Assembly (NCBI GenBank): GCA_965178125.1
Contig: OZ237770.1
Location: 1-64,000 of the forward strand
Source of the DNA: Bilabrum cf. latius
Lineage: Eukaryota
Length of the DNA: 64,000 nt
Reading direction: 5' to 3'
Shown here: positions 10,547 through 22,353 of the stretch, one piece after another
How the letters are laid out: each line of letters opens with the position of its first letter
Position numbering within the stretch: position 1 is the stretch's first letter
The notes under the pieces: generated by a model
Database searches by the model: none
What the model was told of the DNA's origin: nothing
The model's input: only the letters and a program-made list of their open reading frames with translations
Program-made: the position numbers and the translations under genes

Positions 10547-13431
10547 TCCGGCCTATCTAACCCGCATCGTATAGCACGCACATCCTGTCTGTGGGCCGAG
10601 AAATCGGCGTTCTCCGTATAGCTAGGGGTATAGCTAGGGTTACGAAAGTGGCATATTTGGGTGTTTAATGGTCCATATCTCAGCCGATACTGGTCGTTGA
10701 TGGCTGCGGCTTCGTCATAGCCGGGTCACGACTGCTTTCGCGTCGGTTACTTTTCGAACTCGGAGTCGAATTTCACACCCCTTCCTGCCCTCACTGTGCC
10801 CTCGGACTGTATCATGGAGGTGCTCCAGACCCACAGGCATGTGCTGCGACGCAGTTTGGCCACCAGCATGCATCACGGCGAATGGTAGAGCCGAACCAGT
10901 TTACCTGCTCCTATCTGATTCCGGATTGCAAGCGAACATGTGCCCGCGTCGTCTCGACTAGTTCCGACTCCGGCCTATCTAACCCGCATCGTATAGCACG
11001 CACATCCTGTCTGTGGGCCGAGAAATCGGCGTTCTCCGTATAGCTAGGGTTACGAAAGTGGCATATTTGGGTGTTTAATGGTCCATATCTCAGCCGATAC
11101 TGGTCGTTGATGGCTGCGGCTTCGTCATGGCCGGGTCACGACTGCTTTCGCGTCGGTTACTTTTCGAACTCGGAGTCGAATTTCACACCCCTTCCTGCCC
11201 TCACTGTGCCCTCGGACTGTATCATGGAGGTGCTCCAGACCCACAGGCATGTGCTGCGACGCAGTTTGACCACCAGCATGCATCACGGCGAATGGTAGAG
11301 TCAGAGCCATGAAATCCATGTGTTCCAGGATATGTGATCTCGGATTGCCGAAGTAGCCCGGCGTGGCATTTTTATAGAATGCATATTCAAACGCACTCAT
11401 GCCGCATCTGGTTGCTGAGCTATCGGGACTTGCGCAAATGTTTGGGCTAGCCCGAATCTTTGATCCATGTTTTCTCAGCCCGGAAATATGTCCAATGCCT
11501 TACACCTTCCACATGATGTCTACGCACCTCTGTTCCCTGGAATTACTCGGAGTTTCATAATTTTCAACCAAGTCTCACTCTTACCGGTCTGTGACATGCA
11601 CCCTATTCCTAGCCTTGCCCCTTTGTGGGGGAGTTGCAAATTCGATTTGCTGATTCATGAGTTTGCATTATTGCACTGTATCATTTACGGTACTTGGTTT
11701 TCTGACATGATTAAAAAATCCACCCAATTTTCGGGGCCAACCTCCTCTCGCCGGTATATGACATACACCCTATTCCTAGCCTTGCCCCTTTGTGGGGGAG
11801 TTGCAAATTTGATTTGCTGATTCATGAGTTTGCATTATTGCACTGTATCATTTACGGTACTTGGTTTTCTGACATGATTAAAAAATCCACCCAATTTTCG
11901 GGGCCAACCTCCTCTCGCCGGTATATGACATACACCCTATTCCTAGCCTTGCCCCTTTGTGGGGGAGTTGCAAATTCGATTTGCTGATTCATGAGTTTGC
12001 ATTATTGCACTGTATCATTTACGGTACTTGGTTTTCTGACATTAATGAAGATCGCCAGTCACCCAGTCACTGTGGGCGTGGCGCCGACCAGATGAGCACT
12101 TACTTGTATTGCTCGATTGCTCGAGAGCTGTGTGCCAGCCATTCTCCAAACTTCGCACACATGACACATGATGATGACTCAAAGTGCGAATGAACGGCTG
12201 AAATCAAGAAATCTCATTTACAGCTAATGAACGCCCCTAAGGAAAACCTCTTACCTAACCCGAACCCATGTACGTATGCAAACCCAACCATGTAGGTGTG
12301 CAAACCCCATACTTGCAATGCTTGATGTAATAGAATCACGGGGAACATTTGCCCCCAGTTGTGGTCCCAGGCCGTCCCGATGCAGTTTGAACGGTCTTCA
12401 TATCTCATCTGGTTGCCGAGATCGCCGCGCGCATTTTTTCTGCATGACAATCTTCGTCCCACCATACTGTCGCCGCGCGGTATAAACGGAACCTGGGGAA
12501 CATTTGCCCCCTGTTGTGGTCCCAGGCCGTCCCGATGCAGTTTGAACGGTCTTCATATCTCCTGTGGTTGCCGAGATCGCCGCGCGCATTTTTTCTGCCT
12601 GAAAATCTTCGTCCCCCCATACTGTCGCCGCGCGGTCAAAACGGAATCTGGGGAACATTTGCCTAACATTGTACCCCCAGGCCGTCCCGATGCAGTATGA
12701 ACGGTCTTCATATCTCATCTGGTTGCCGAGATCGTCGCGCGCATTTTTTCTGCATGACAATCTTCGTCCAGCCATATTGTCGCCGCGCGGTATAAACGGA
12801 ACCTGGGGAACATTTGCCCCCAGTTGTGGTCCCAGGCCGTCCCGATGCAGTTTGAACGGTCTTCATATCTCATCTGGTTGCCGAGATCGCCGCGCGCATT
12901 TTTTCTGCATGACAATCTTCGTCCAGCCATATTGTCGCCGCGCGGTATAAACGGAACCTGGGGAACATTTGCCCCCAGTTGTGGTCCCAGGCCGTCCCGA
13001 TGCAGTTTGAACGGTCTTCATATCTCATCTGGTTGCCGAGATCGTCGCGCGCATTTTTTCTGCATGACAATCTTCGTCCAGCCATATTGTCGCCGCGCGG
13101 TCAAAACGGAACCTGGGGAACATTTGCCTAACATTGTACCCCCAGGCCGTCCCGATGCAGTTTGAACGGTCTTCATATCTCATCTGGTTGCCGAGATCGT
13201 TGCGCGCATTTTTTCTGCATGACAATCTTCGTCCAGCCATATTGTCGCCGCGCGGTCAAAACGGAACCTGGGGAACATTTGCCCCACATTGTACCCCCAG
13301 GCCGTCCCGATGCAGTTTGAACGGTCCTCATATCTCATCTGGTTGCCGAGATCGTCGCGCGCATTTTTTCGACAAAAAGTGAAGATGAAAAAAAATTTTC
13401 CCCGACCCTGTCCCTGACTTTATATTAGATA
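10547..13431. repeat. Subtelomeric composite unit, copy 2, with a partial tandem duplication of its left ~340 bp
   Basis: 10547-10890 repeats 10968-11299. The remainder matches 7888-10337 and ends in the same cap. Confidence 0.92.
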
Positions 13432-14100
13432 CCCTAACCCTAACCCTAACCCTAACCCTAACCCTAACCCTAACCCTAACCCTAACCCTAACCCTAACCC
13501 TAACCCTAACCCTAACCCTAACCCTAACCCGAACCCTAACCCTAACCCTAACCCTAACCCTAACCCTAACCCTAACCCTAACCCTAACCCTAACCCTAAC
13601 CCTAACCCTAACCCTAACCCTAACCCTAACCCTAACCCTAACCCTAACCCTAACCCTAACCCTAACCCTAACCCTAACCCTAACCCTAACCCTAACCCTA
13701 ACCCTAACCCTAACCCTAACCCTAACCCTAACCCTAACCCTAACCCTAACCCTAACCCTAACCCTAACCCTAACCCTAACCCTAACCCTAACCCTAACCC
13801 TAACCCTAACCCTAACCCTAACCCTAACCCTAACCCTAACCCTAACCCTAACCCTAACCCTAACCCTAACCCTAACCCTAACCCTAACCCTAACCCTAAC
13901 CCTAACCCTAACCCTAACCCTAACCCTAACCCTAACCCTAACCCTAACCCTAACCCTAACCCTAACCCTAACCCTAACCCTAACCCTAACCCTAACCCTA
14001 ACCCTAACCCTAACCCTAACCCTAACCCTAACCCTAACCCTAACCCTAACCCTAACCCTAACCCTAACCCTAACCCTAACCCTAACCCTAACCCTAACCC
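13432..14100. repeat. Innermost internal telomeric tract
   Basis: (CCCTAA)n with one cccgaa variant near 13531. Confidence 0.96.
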
Positions 14101-14296
14101 GCACTGTGGTGGTCGGCAGGTCCGAGGGGTGCGCCGTGGATGAGGTCGCAGGCGCACTGTGGTGGTTGGCAGGTCCGAGGGGTGGGCCGTGGATGAGGAC
14201 GCAGGCGCACTGTGGTGTTTGGCAGGTCGGAGGTGTGCGCCGTGGATGAGGTCGCAGGCGCACTGTGGTGTTTGGCAGGTCCGAGGTGTGCGCCGT
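14101..14296. repeat. 53-bp GC-rich telomere-adjacent minisatellite (~3.7 copies)
   Basis: The unit gcactgtggtggtcggcaggtccgaggggtgcgccgtggatgaggtcgcaggc starts at 14101, 14154, 14207 and 14260. Confidence 0.9.
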
Positions 14297-14459
14297 GCGA
14301 TCCTTTTTTTTTTTTTGGATGAGCGGCCTGTGACTAGAAATCATAGATCCCAGATAAAAGCAAAAGAGGTGTACTCCACAACTGACCAAAATGGTTAGCA
14401 GCATAAATGACAGACTCCGTCATCCAGGCAGCGCGAATCGGTCTCTTGATCGACTGCAC

Positions 14460-16256
14460 TCAATGCGATCTTGCCGGGTAAGCTCTAGTCGTGTACCGCA
14501 CAGTACCAAGGTTGTCATAGTACTTAACGACAAAGCCAGCATCGTTGAAGTATACGCCTGCGAATCCAGAATCTGCAGTCACTGCAAGCTCCTCGATGAC
14601 TGCATCGCTGGAGTACGCCAGCTTTGCCCTGCGATTCTCGTCCACTGTCAGGGGGCAGGTCGACTCGGCGGCGTGCACGTACTTAAGAGCCCCGGCCGGG
14701 ATGTCCTGCTTGTGCGAGGCAGCATAGCAGCACTCATGGAAGGACCCGGCCACAACATAAGCCACGTTGTTATTTTCGATGTGTGCCTGGATGTGGTCAT
14801 GGCCACACAGGTAGTGCGCCTACGAAATCACAAGAGTGGAGTGGCCGGAGTTGGCAAGGGGCGCATAGGTGATCAACTTATGGAGCTGGTGTACAGGAAG
14901 TATCCCCGCTGTATGGCAGGCAGGCGTACAGTAGGATCAGCTCACGCCGTACTTCTCGAGCAGGGGAGCCAGCTTGTCCACAAGGTCCTGCGTGGGTCCG
15001 TGCTGGCCAGGGCTCCACACCGGGTAGTGCCCCCCCACAAACACGAAGTCTGCAGAGCTCTTGGCGAGCTACTCATCGATCCACGCGTACCAGTCTGTGT
15101 TCTTCACCTCGGCGGGGACATCCTGCGAGCGCAAAGCAAGCAGCAAACAGCTAGCAGGGGAGCGAGGCCTAGGGAGCGGGGGGGCGGCCTGGACCAAATA
15201 CCGCGCTGGCAGAGGCAAGGCAGCTAACCGGGTGGCTAGCTCTGTGCTCACGATGGTGCGGGTCTCGTTGTCAGTGATCCCTGTCATGATCACGGTGTCC
15301 ACCATGACCACATCCACCGCGTACTTCTTGCCGGACTCATCTGATTCAAGCGTGTCCGAGAACGTGTAGAAGCTGCGAAGAAACTTCCAGGCGCTCAGAA
15401 GCAAGACCGACTCATCAACATGCAACAGACCTTAGCAGCAAAGCGCACTGGTACGAATAGTACGACTTACTAATCGGGATAGTTCCAGCGCTTGCTCAGG
15501 CTGCTGTACGCGATCTGGGCCGAGACATTGCCGCGGTGGTCATGGTTTCCAGCATTTACCCAGAACGGCACATCCTCGAGTTCAGCCGCATCGAATGGTC
15601 GCTCAAAAGTGTCCTGAAACCGAGACGAATGGACATCACCTTGGATACCGTGCGAGTAGAAGCTGCGCGAATCTTGGAGGATGTACGCAATTTAAAGCGA
15701 GTTCTAGAAGTCACTGCTATGGCAACCATTTTTGTTTAATATATTTTATCTAACTTGTCGCCGTTCAGCAGAATGAATGCCGGGGTACTGCGGAAGTGAG
15801 AAAACTTGGCAAGCGCCTTGCAGCAGCTGGCATGTCCCAATGCGCGGCGAACAAGACAGTCATCGCAGGATCAACTAACTCGTTCTTTGCCAGGGATCCA
15901 AGTCGACCAGCGGCAAGCTCTTCGCCAGCGGTGTAGTAGCTGCGCTGGCGTGATTGAAGCATGAGTAAGATGCGAGTGGTACGAAGTGCATTCTAACCCT
16001 TTCGTTAGCAATGGTAGATCGTCGCAGTAGGATGTAGGATATCCAGCGCATCTCACGGGGATGTCTCCTATCCACCCCAGTCACCCTGCGTACCAAAGGT
16101 ACAGATCAGCAGCAACCACCCTAGGTAAGCGTCGACAAGCTGATGACATGAACGTAGTCACGTAGTCGGGTGAACTTCACTCACAACTGAGAAGAACATG
16201 GATGAAGCCAGGGCGGACCCAGCGCTAGCAGCGCACATCAAAACGAAAGACCGCAT
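14460..16256 (-). CDS. Secreted purple/tartrate-resistant acid phosphatase (ACP5-like), multi-exon
   Basis: A signal-peptide-like start [11 protein letters not shown] is followed by the motifs [35 protein letters not shown] and CGHDH across GT-AG introns. In-frame TAG at 16068 and 15069; ends TGA. Confidence 0.88.
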
Positions 16257-16656
16257 CGGTATAACAAAACTGTGTAAATGTGTGTGCTGCGCTCTGCTGA
16301 CCGGATCTCGCGAGACTGGTCGAGCGGAACCGACGCCGCGGCGCCCGCGCCGAAGAATCCTTGTTGCTCAGCTCCATCTTCCCTGCATCAATCACACAAA
16401 CCGCATCAATAGTGCTAATCTGCAAGACACAGCGTAGAGTAGGTCGTCTGCTTTGCAGCTGAGTGAGATAGTTGAACGGCCGTGAATCGTCAAGTGATCG
16501 CCGATATTGTCTCTTGTATCCGTTGCAGAGAAGCCCATGCAGCAATTCTGCGCAGCGCATGCTCAAGACAGCACACCTTAATGATTCGATGCATGTATTC
16601 ACTTTCTGAAGTTGAATGAGCGCAGTAGTCGCATAACCCTCATAGCTAGCGCACAT

Positions 16657-18165
16657 ATGAGCGGGGCAAGGATATTACCAGCCGCTGGCCTTGATCCGAC
16701 TCACGTCACGCGAAGAAGCATAAACCTACTGGCAACCCACAGGAAATCTTTAAAGCATGACCAGGCGTAGAAGGCAGGCAAGTCTACATTGACGGCCATA
16801 GGCGAGAGGAGCCTCAGGAGCGAGCGGCCACGGCCAGTGGTGCTGGCAGGCAGGGACGTGCGCCACATGGAAATGGATATTACCGCCGGGACACCCACGG
16901 CGCGACCAGTCGTAGCAAGCAGGGTCCATAAGGTGAGTGCAGCTGACCGCCGGAAGAGAGCAGATCGATTGCGTGCCATCGACGAGGGCAGGCTGCAGCG
17001 GAACGTCGCCAGCGGTCGGTCAGACCAGGAGAGGCTGAGGCGAGAGGCGGACCGCATCAAGCGGGAGTTGATGGCCTCGGATGTGGGCGTCAGTATTTCA
17101 CATGCCATGTCTGCAGCAGCGGCAGTGTCGGTGCTGGACGAGCAGCGTGCCCGCAAGCAGCACCGCCATGCAGTGCAGCGAGAAGAGGACCTGGCCTGGG
17201 ACAGAGCTCGGCTGGACCAGGCCAGGGCGGAGGAAGCTACGGCCAGAAGCAAGGCGGCCCATCAGCGGGCGAGGAGCGTGCAGGTCCGGCAAGAGTTAGG
17301 CGAGTAGCTGCGCCGCCGGGCCATCGAGCGCCTGCTCGCCCTCGAGCGCAAGGACCAGGAGGGGAGGGCGGCGCTCAAGCAGCAGGCTGCCAGGGAGGAG
17401 GAGGACAGGGAGCGGGCGAGACAGCAGCGAGCACTGAAGCTGCAACTGCAGGCAGATCTACGGGCCTCCAACGCTGCCTCGGAGGCGATGAAGCAGCAGC
17501 GGGAGAGGCGGGAGGAGGAGCATGAGCGGGTGCTGGAGGAGGAGCGGGTGCAGCTGGAGATGGAGGCCCGCCGCAGGGAGCAGGAGGCCCGGGAGGAGAA
17601 AGAGGAAGAGGAGAGAATATTCCGCAAGCTGGCGGCACGGCAGCAGCGAGCAGCTGATACCGTCGCCGCCGAGGCCGAGGCCATCGCAAGGCGGGAGCAA
17701 GAGAAAGTGGAGATGGCAAGGCGGAGGCGGGAGCGGGATGCGCGGGAGGAAGCGGCTCGTCGGAAGCATGAGCTGCTCCAGGGTCTGGACGCGCAGCGCA
17801 AGAGGAGGGAGGCAGTGCTGGCCCGCGAGCGGGAAGCAGACCTTCAGGCGGCCATGGTGGTGCAGCAGGAGCAGGAGGAGGCGCGGTATCGAGCCTAGCA
17901 GGAGAAGGCAGCCCGGGAGCAGGACAAGGCGAAGTACCGAGCAGAGGCGCGGGCGGAGCTGGAGGCGCGGATGCGGGCTCGGGCAGGGGCGAGGCATGCC
18001 AAGCTGCTCGAGGCAAGGGAGGGGCAGATGACGCGACAGGCTGAATCACTGGCCAGGCAGGAGATCCAGAGGGAGGCCTTGGCGGAGGCAGGTCAGAGGG
18101 GGCTGCTTGGAGCCACGAGGGCGGTGGTGGACCGGGCTGTGGGCCGGGCAACTGGGTAGTTCTGA
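16657..18165 (+). CDS. E/R/A/Q-rich coiled-coil protein, possibly trichohyalin-plectin-homology ciliary type (502 aa with TAG=Gln)
   Basis: ORF-track fragments at 16789, 17488 and 17971 share one frame, broken only by TAG (16768, 17305, 17896, 18157). ATG at 16657, TGA at 18163. The family call rests on composition only. Confidence 0.72.
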
Positions 18166-18306
18166 CTTGAATCTTTCCGGGCACGGTACGTGAATTTGCA
18201 GCGCGCGGGGTAGGCACAAAGTAAGCAGAAGCAAAGTGGACACACGAACGTCCGGCCGCCCAGCGACACTCAAAGTCTGTGTCAGCATTGGATGCATGAG
18301 TCGAGG

Positions 18307-20442
18307 TCACTTGAATGCACCGGCAGCTGCCTGCGCCGCCCTCGCGGCTGCTTGCTTCCGGACTGCCTCCACCGCCTCTCGCTGGGCCTCGTCCGCTCGT
18401 CGAGCCGCCACCTCGGCCCTCTTGCGCCGATCTGCCAGCCGCTCGGCCTGGAGGGCAGCAGTGGCCTGGCTCTCGCTCGCACGCTGGTGGAACTGCTCGC
18501 GCAATCGGGCAGCCAGTTCCTGTCTTCGCCTCGTCTCCGCCCCTTCGGGATCCAGGCCTGTGCCCACTGCATCATCTGCGCCGGGAGCCACCGCCGCTCC
18601 TCCGGTGGATCCAGCCATGCTCTGTATAGCCTGCCGCACGCGCGCTGCATCAGACCTAAACACACCACTAATGCTGCCAGCCCCAGAATCGCCCCGCCCA
18701 TGTGCGGCAGCCAGCGCCGCCACACGCTCTTTCTTCTTCTGCAGCATGGCTTCTCGCACCATCCGCCTCTGCTCCATCAGGTGCCTGCGGCGGGCCTCAA
18801 TCGCCTCCTACTCCCCTGAGCTAGAGCCCCCGGCAGGAGAATCTCGCGGAGCAACAGAGGCAGAGGTACCGCCCGCCCCCAAACCTAGCGCGCTTTCCAA
18901 TGCACTGCCTACATCGGAACTTTCCGATCTTTCCCCAGCGCGCGAGCTCCCGCCCTCGCCCCCGCCCAACATTCTGGCCCGCATGCCACGCACCCACTCC
19001 AGCTCCTGCGCAGTCCCCGCGCGCCGCTCTTCGGCAGCACTGAGCAGCGCAGGCAGAGGTGCACGGGCATGCGGGCCTGTTCCTGACGTTCCTGCCCCCC
19101 CGAGCGGGGGCAAGCCCGCCAGGGAGGAAAGAGATGATGATCCGGTGCCCCTTTTAGGAAGTACAGGTGCAGGTGCAGGTGCAGGTGCAGGCGTTGGTTC
19201 ATGTTCATGTGCATGTGCAAGTGCAGGTGCAGGTGCAGGTGCAGGTGCAGGTGCAGGTGCAGGTGCAGGTGCAGGTGCAGGTGCAGGTGCAGGTGCAGGT
19301 GCAGGTGCAGGTGCAGGTGCAGGTGCAGGTGCAGGTGCAGGTGCAGGCACATGCGTTGGTGCAGGCGCAGGCGCAGGCGTTGGTGCAGGTGCAGGTGCAG
19401 GTGCAGGTGCAGGTGCAGGTGCAGGTGCAGGTGCAGGTGCAGGTGCATGCACATCTGGCTCAGGCTCCGCAGCAGTTGCTGCAGCCTACTTCTCTGCCGC
19501 CTTGGTCTCCTCCTGCAGTGCCCGGATGCGGGCCTCCTCCTCTCGCAGAGAGGCAGCCAGCGCCTCCTCCAGCTCGCGAAGCTCGCGCTCCGCCTCTAGT
19601 CGATGCCTGTCTGCCTCTCGCAGGGATGCATCCAGGGCTTCCTCCAGCGCGCGCCTCTCTTTCTCTTCCTGCGCCTTCACCTTAGACCCGGCTTCGTTTG
19701 CCTCCTGCTCTGCCGCCCTCGCCGCCGCTTCGACCAGCGCGCTGACCTCCTCATCGGTGAGCCCACCCGTGCTGTGGGCGTCCTTGGCGAAGGCAGACGC
19801 AGCGTAGGCGTCCAAATCAACGCCTTGGGACCATGACGAGCTCCCTGCAAAGGCCGCCTCTGCGCTTACCGTAGCAGGTGCGTCTTGCGACCAGCCACCA
19901 GCAGGCTTCTGGCTCTCACCATCACCTGCATCGCTCGTCGGTGGACTGGCCGAAACCCCGTCTACTGCCTGCCCAATGGCTCTAGCAGCCTATGCCTCAA
20001 GCTGAGCATTGCGCCGGGCCATCATCAGGGCAAATGATGCATAGTCACTGGCTGCAAGTAGAGTATCTAATACTCTCTTATTGACAGGCCTGGCGTCGCG
20101 ACCTAGTGCGCTTCGCTCGCACAGTGCTGCGAATACTTCTGGACTAACTCCAACTTCAGCAAGGGCTGCCTCAGTTTGACTTTCAACTAACTCTTGCCAC
20201 TGCCTATGCAGGTCGGTAAGGGCTAACGGATGCTCAGCTTGCATGAGGCGCGTCGCTGAAGTGCCTTTTGGGACGCCATCCGTTGCACCAGCATCCATTG
20301 GTGCTGCCAGCGATGCAAACATGGCACAGTGCTCATCAACAAATGCTGCGAGAGGAGCTTCCCATCGTTCTTGTGCCATTAAGGCGCAAAGATGATCGAA
20401 TAGCCAATCCGCATCATCTTGCTGGTCGCTCACCGATGCCAT
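18307..20442 (-). CDS. CFAP36: CFAP36/CCDC104-like BART-domain protein (711 aa with TAG=Gln)
   Basis: The N-terminus looks BART-like (WEAPLAAFVDEHCAMF...LLAASDYASFALMMARRN). Four same-frame fragments are joined by TAG at 19990, 19486 and 18808; ends TGA. Confidence 0.8.
19165..19446 (-). repeat. Coding hexamer repeat (GCACCT)n encoding a (Pro-Ala)n linker
   Basis: gcaggt runs on the + strand lie inside the CFAP36-like ORF. Confidence 0.9.
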
Positions 20443-20906
20443 GCTATAGGGCTCCTCTGGACAATATCTTATCTAACGACAACTTGTTTAGAAAGCTGCG
20501 TTAAAGAGATGGAACGAAAATTGAACCCGCAAGCGATTTATGAGGGCTGGCCGGACAGGGCTCGATGATGTCCACAATCGATGAACAACGCATCGTGCTA
20601 AGCTAACATGGAAGTAGCTTACAATACGGTTTTTCGGAATCAAACGTGAGGGCTAGGTGTTGCTGTATGAGGTTCTGTTCCAATGAGGCTAGGTTTTACT
20701 GTCGGCGACGAACCGGAACTGGTGGGGCCCCCCGGGGGAATGGAGCAGAATGCAGCCTGTGCGAGTGGTGGGGCCCCTGATGTCCAGTAGATTCATCGAA
20801 CTTAAGATTCTAGGTGATGGTTGCATGCAGCGCTCGGATCGGGGTAGAGACGTGCAATGTAACTGCAGCATGTCACCACAGCGCGGGTGGCACGACGCCG
20901 CCTTCA

Positions 20907-22135
20907 TCAGAAGAGGCCGACGCTCCGCTTCAGCTGGGCCCTCTTCCAGGCCTGCTTGCCGGTGAAATCCTCCCTCGACATCCCGAATACTTCGGCGAAA
21001 TCCGCATCCGTGAGGTACTCCTCCTTCCGCGAGAACTCGATGTCCAGGTCGCCGTCAGCCTTAGCCGCCCGGAGCTCATCCACTGAGTAGGTTGCATCCC
21101 CGGGCTGCACGGCAGCGGCCTTCTTGCCGCTCATGCTGGCGATGAGCGCCTCCTTCTCGGCCTGGGCCTTGGCCAGCCGCTCCTTGGTCTCCTGGTCAAA
21201 CTGCTCGTGGGCCTCCACCACGGCTGCCTGAGCCTGTTCCGCACTTTCAGCTGCTGCATCGGCTGCGGCAGCAGCTTCTGCCGCTGCCTCTTCCGCTGCT
21301 GCTTTGTCCTCGGCGGCAGCAGCTTCCGCCGCGGCTGCAAGCGCATCTGCCTCCGTGGCAGCCGCCTCGGCTGCTTCGGCCGCACGCTCAGCCTCTGCCT
21401 GGGCTGCTGCCACGGCGGCATCGTCCTCGCCTTCCCCCTCGGCGGCCTCCTCGCCCTCCTCATCGGCGGCCTCCTCGCCCTCCTCCTCGGCGGCCTCCTC
21501 GCCCTCCTCATCGGCGGCCTCCTCGCCCTCCTCCTCGGCGGCCTCCTCGCCCTCCTCCTCGGCGGCCTCCTCGCCCTCCTCCTCGGCGGCCTCCTCGCCC
21601 TCCTCCTCAGCGGCTTCCTCGCCCTCCTCCTCGGCGGCCTCCTCGCCCTCCTCCTCAGCGGCTTCCTCGCCCTCCTCCTCAGCGGCCTCCTCGCCCTCCT
21701 CCTCAGCGGCTTCCTCGCCCTCCTCCTCAGCGGCTTCCTCGGCGCCGGCCTCGCTTCCTTCCTCTGCAGCATCTGCAGCGTCTTCCCCAGCATCAGCCTC
21801 TGGCTCAACAGGCGCCTGCGAACGCCAAAATAGTCGACATGATGCGAAGCGATCCAGGATCTTCTGGTCCAGGCACAGGTTCAAATAAAGCCAACGTCCA
21901 AAATCAAGTAGACCACAGTGACTTTAAAAAATGTTGATTGCATTCGAGGTACTGAAGGACAGCTTGCTGCAGCATCGCATGACGCTGGTAGTAAACAATA
22001 TCCCCCCTTCCCAGCCACAGCATGCTTGCAACGTCTTGCAATTGGCATGCGTGGGCGATACTTGCGCATCACAAGCTACTCTCTTACTTCATCCGCAACA
22101 GGTGCATCCATTACTGGCTCTTCGGCATCCGACAT
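20907..22135 (-). CDS. Acidic repeat protein with a C-terminal villin headpiece domain
   Basis: The C-terminus KEEYLTDADFAEVFGMSREDF...WKRAQLKRSVGLF is a villin headpiece. 24-bp repeats encode AAEEEGEE. Predicted exon 1 is 22135-22088 and the intron 22087-21816; ends TGA. Confidence 0.85.
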
Positions 22136-22353
22136 CTTGGAATACGGCTAAATCAGCGAAGTTGACTGGACTCTCGTAAAGACGCACGACGAGAAACCAG
22201 ATCAGGTAAATGCGTTTGTTGCGTACTGTTATACACCAGACCGAGACCCGATTCGGTCACCCGAACCCAACCAACTCTCCACGCCATGCCTAGTCTACTT
22301 GCGTACTTTTCTAGATCATATTACGTCACAGCCTCGGAAAGCGCCTCGATTCT

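Noticed and set aside
590-13431. CRISPR-like array, or small proteins encoded by the 155-bp repeats
   Set aside because: The units are tandem near-identical monomers without unique spacers. The context is eukaryotic with no cas genes, and 155 is not a multiple of 3.
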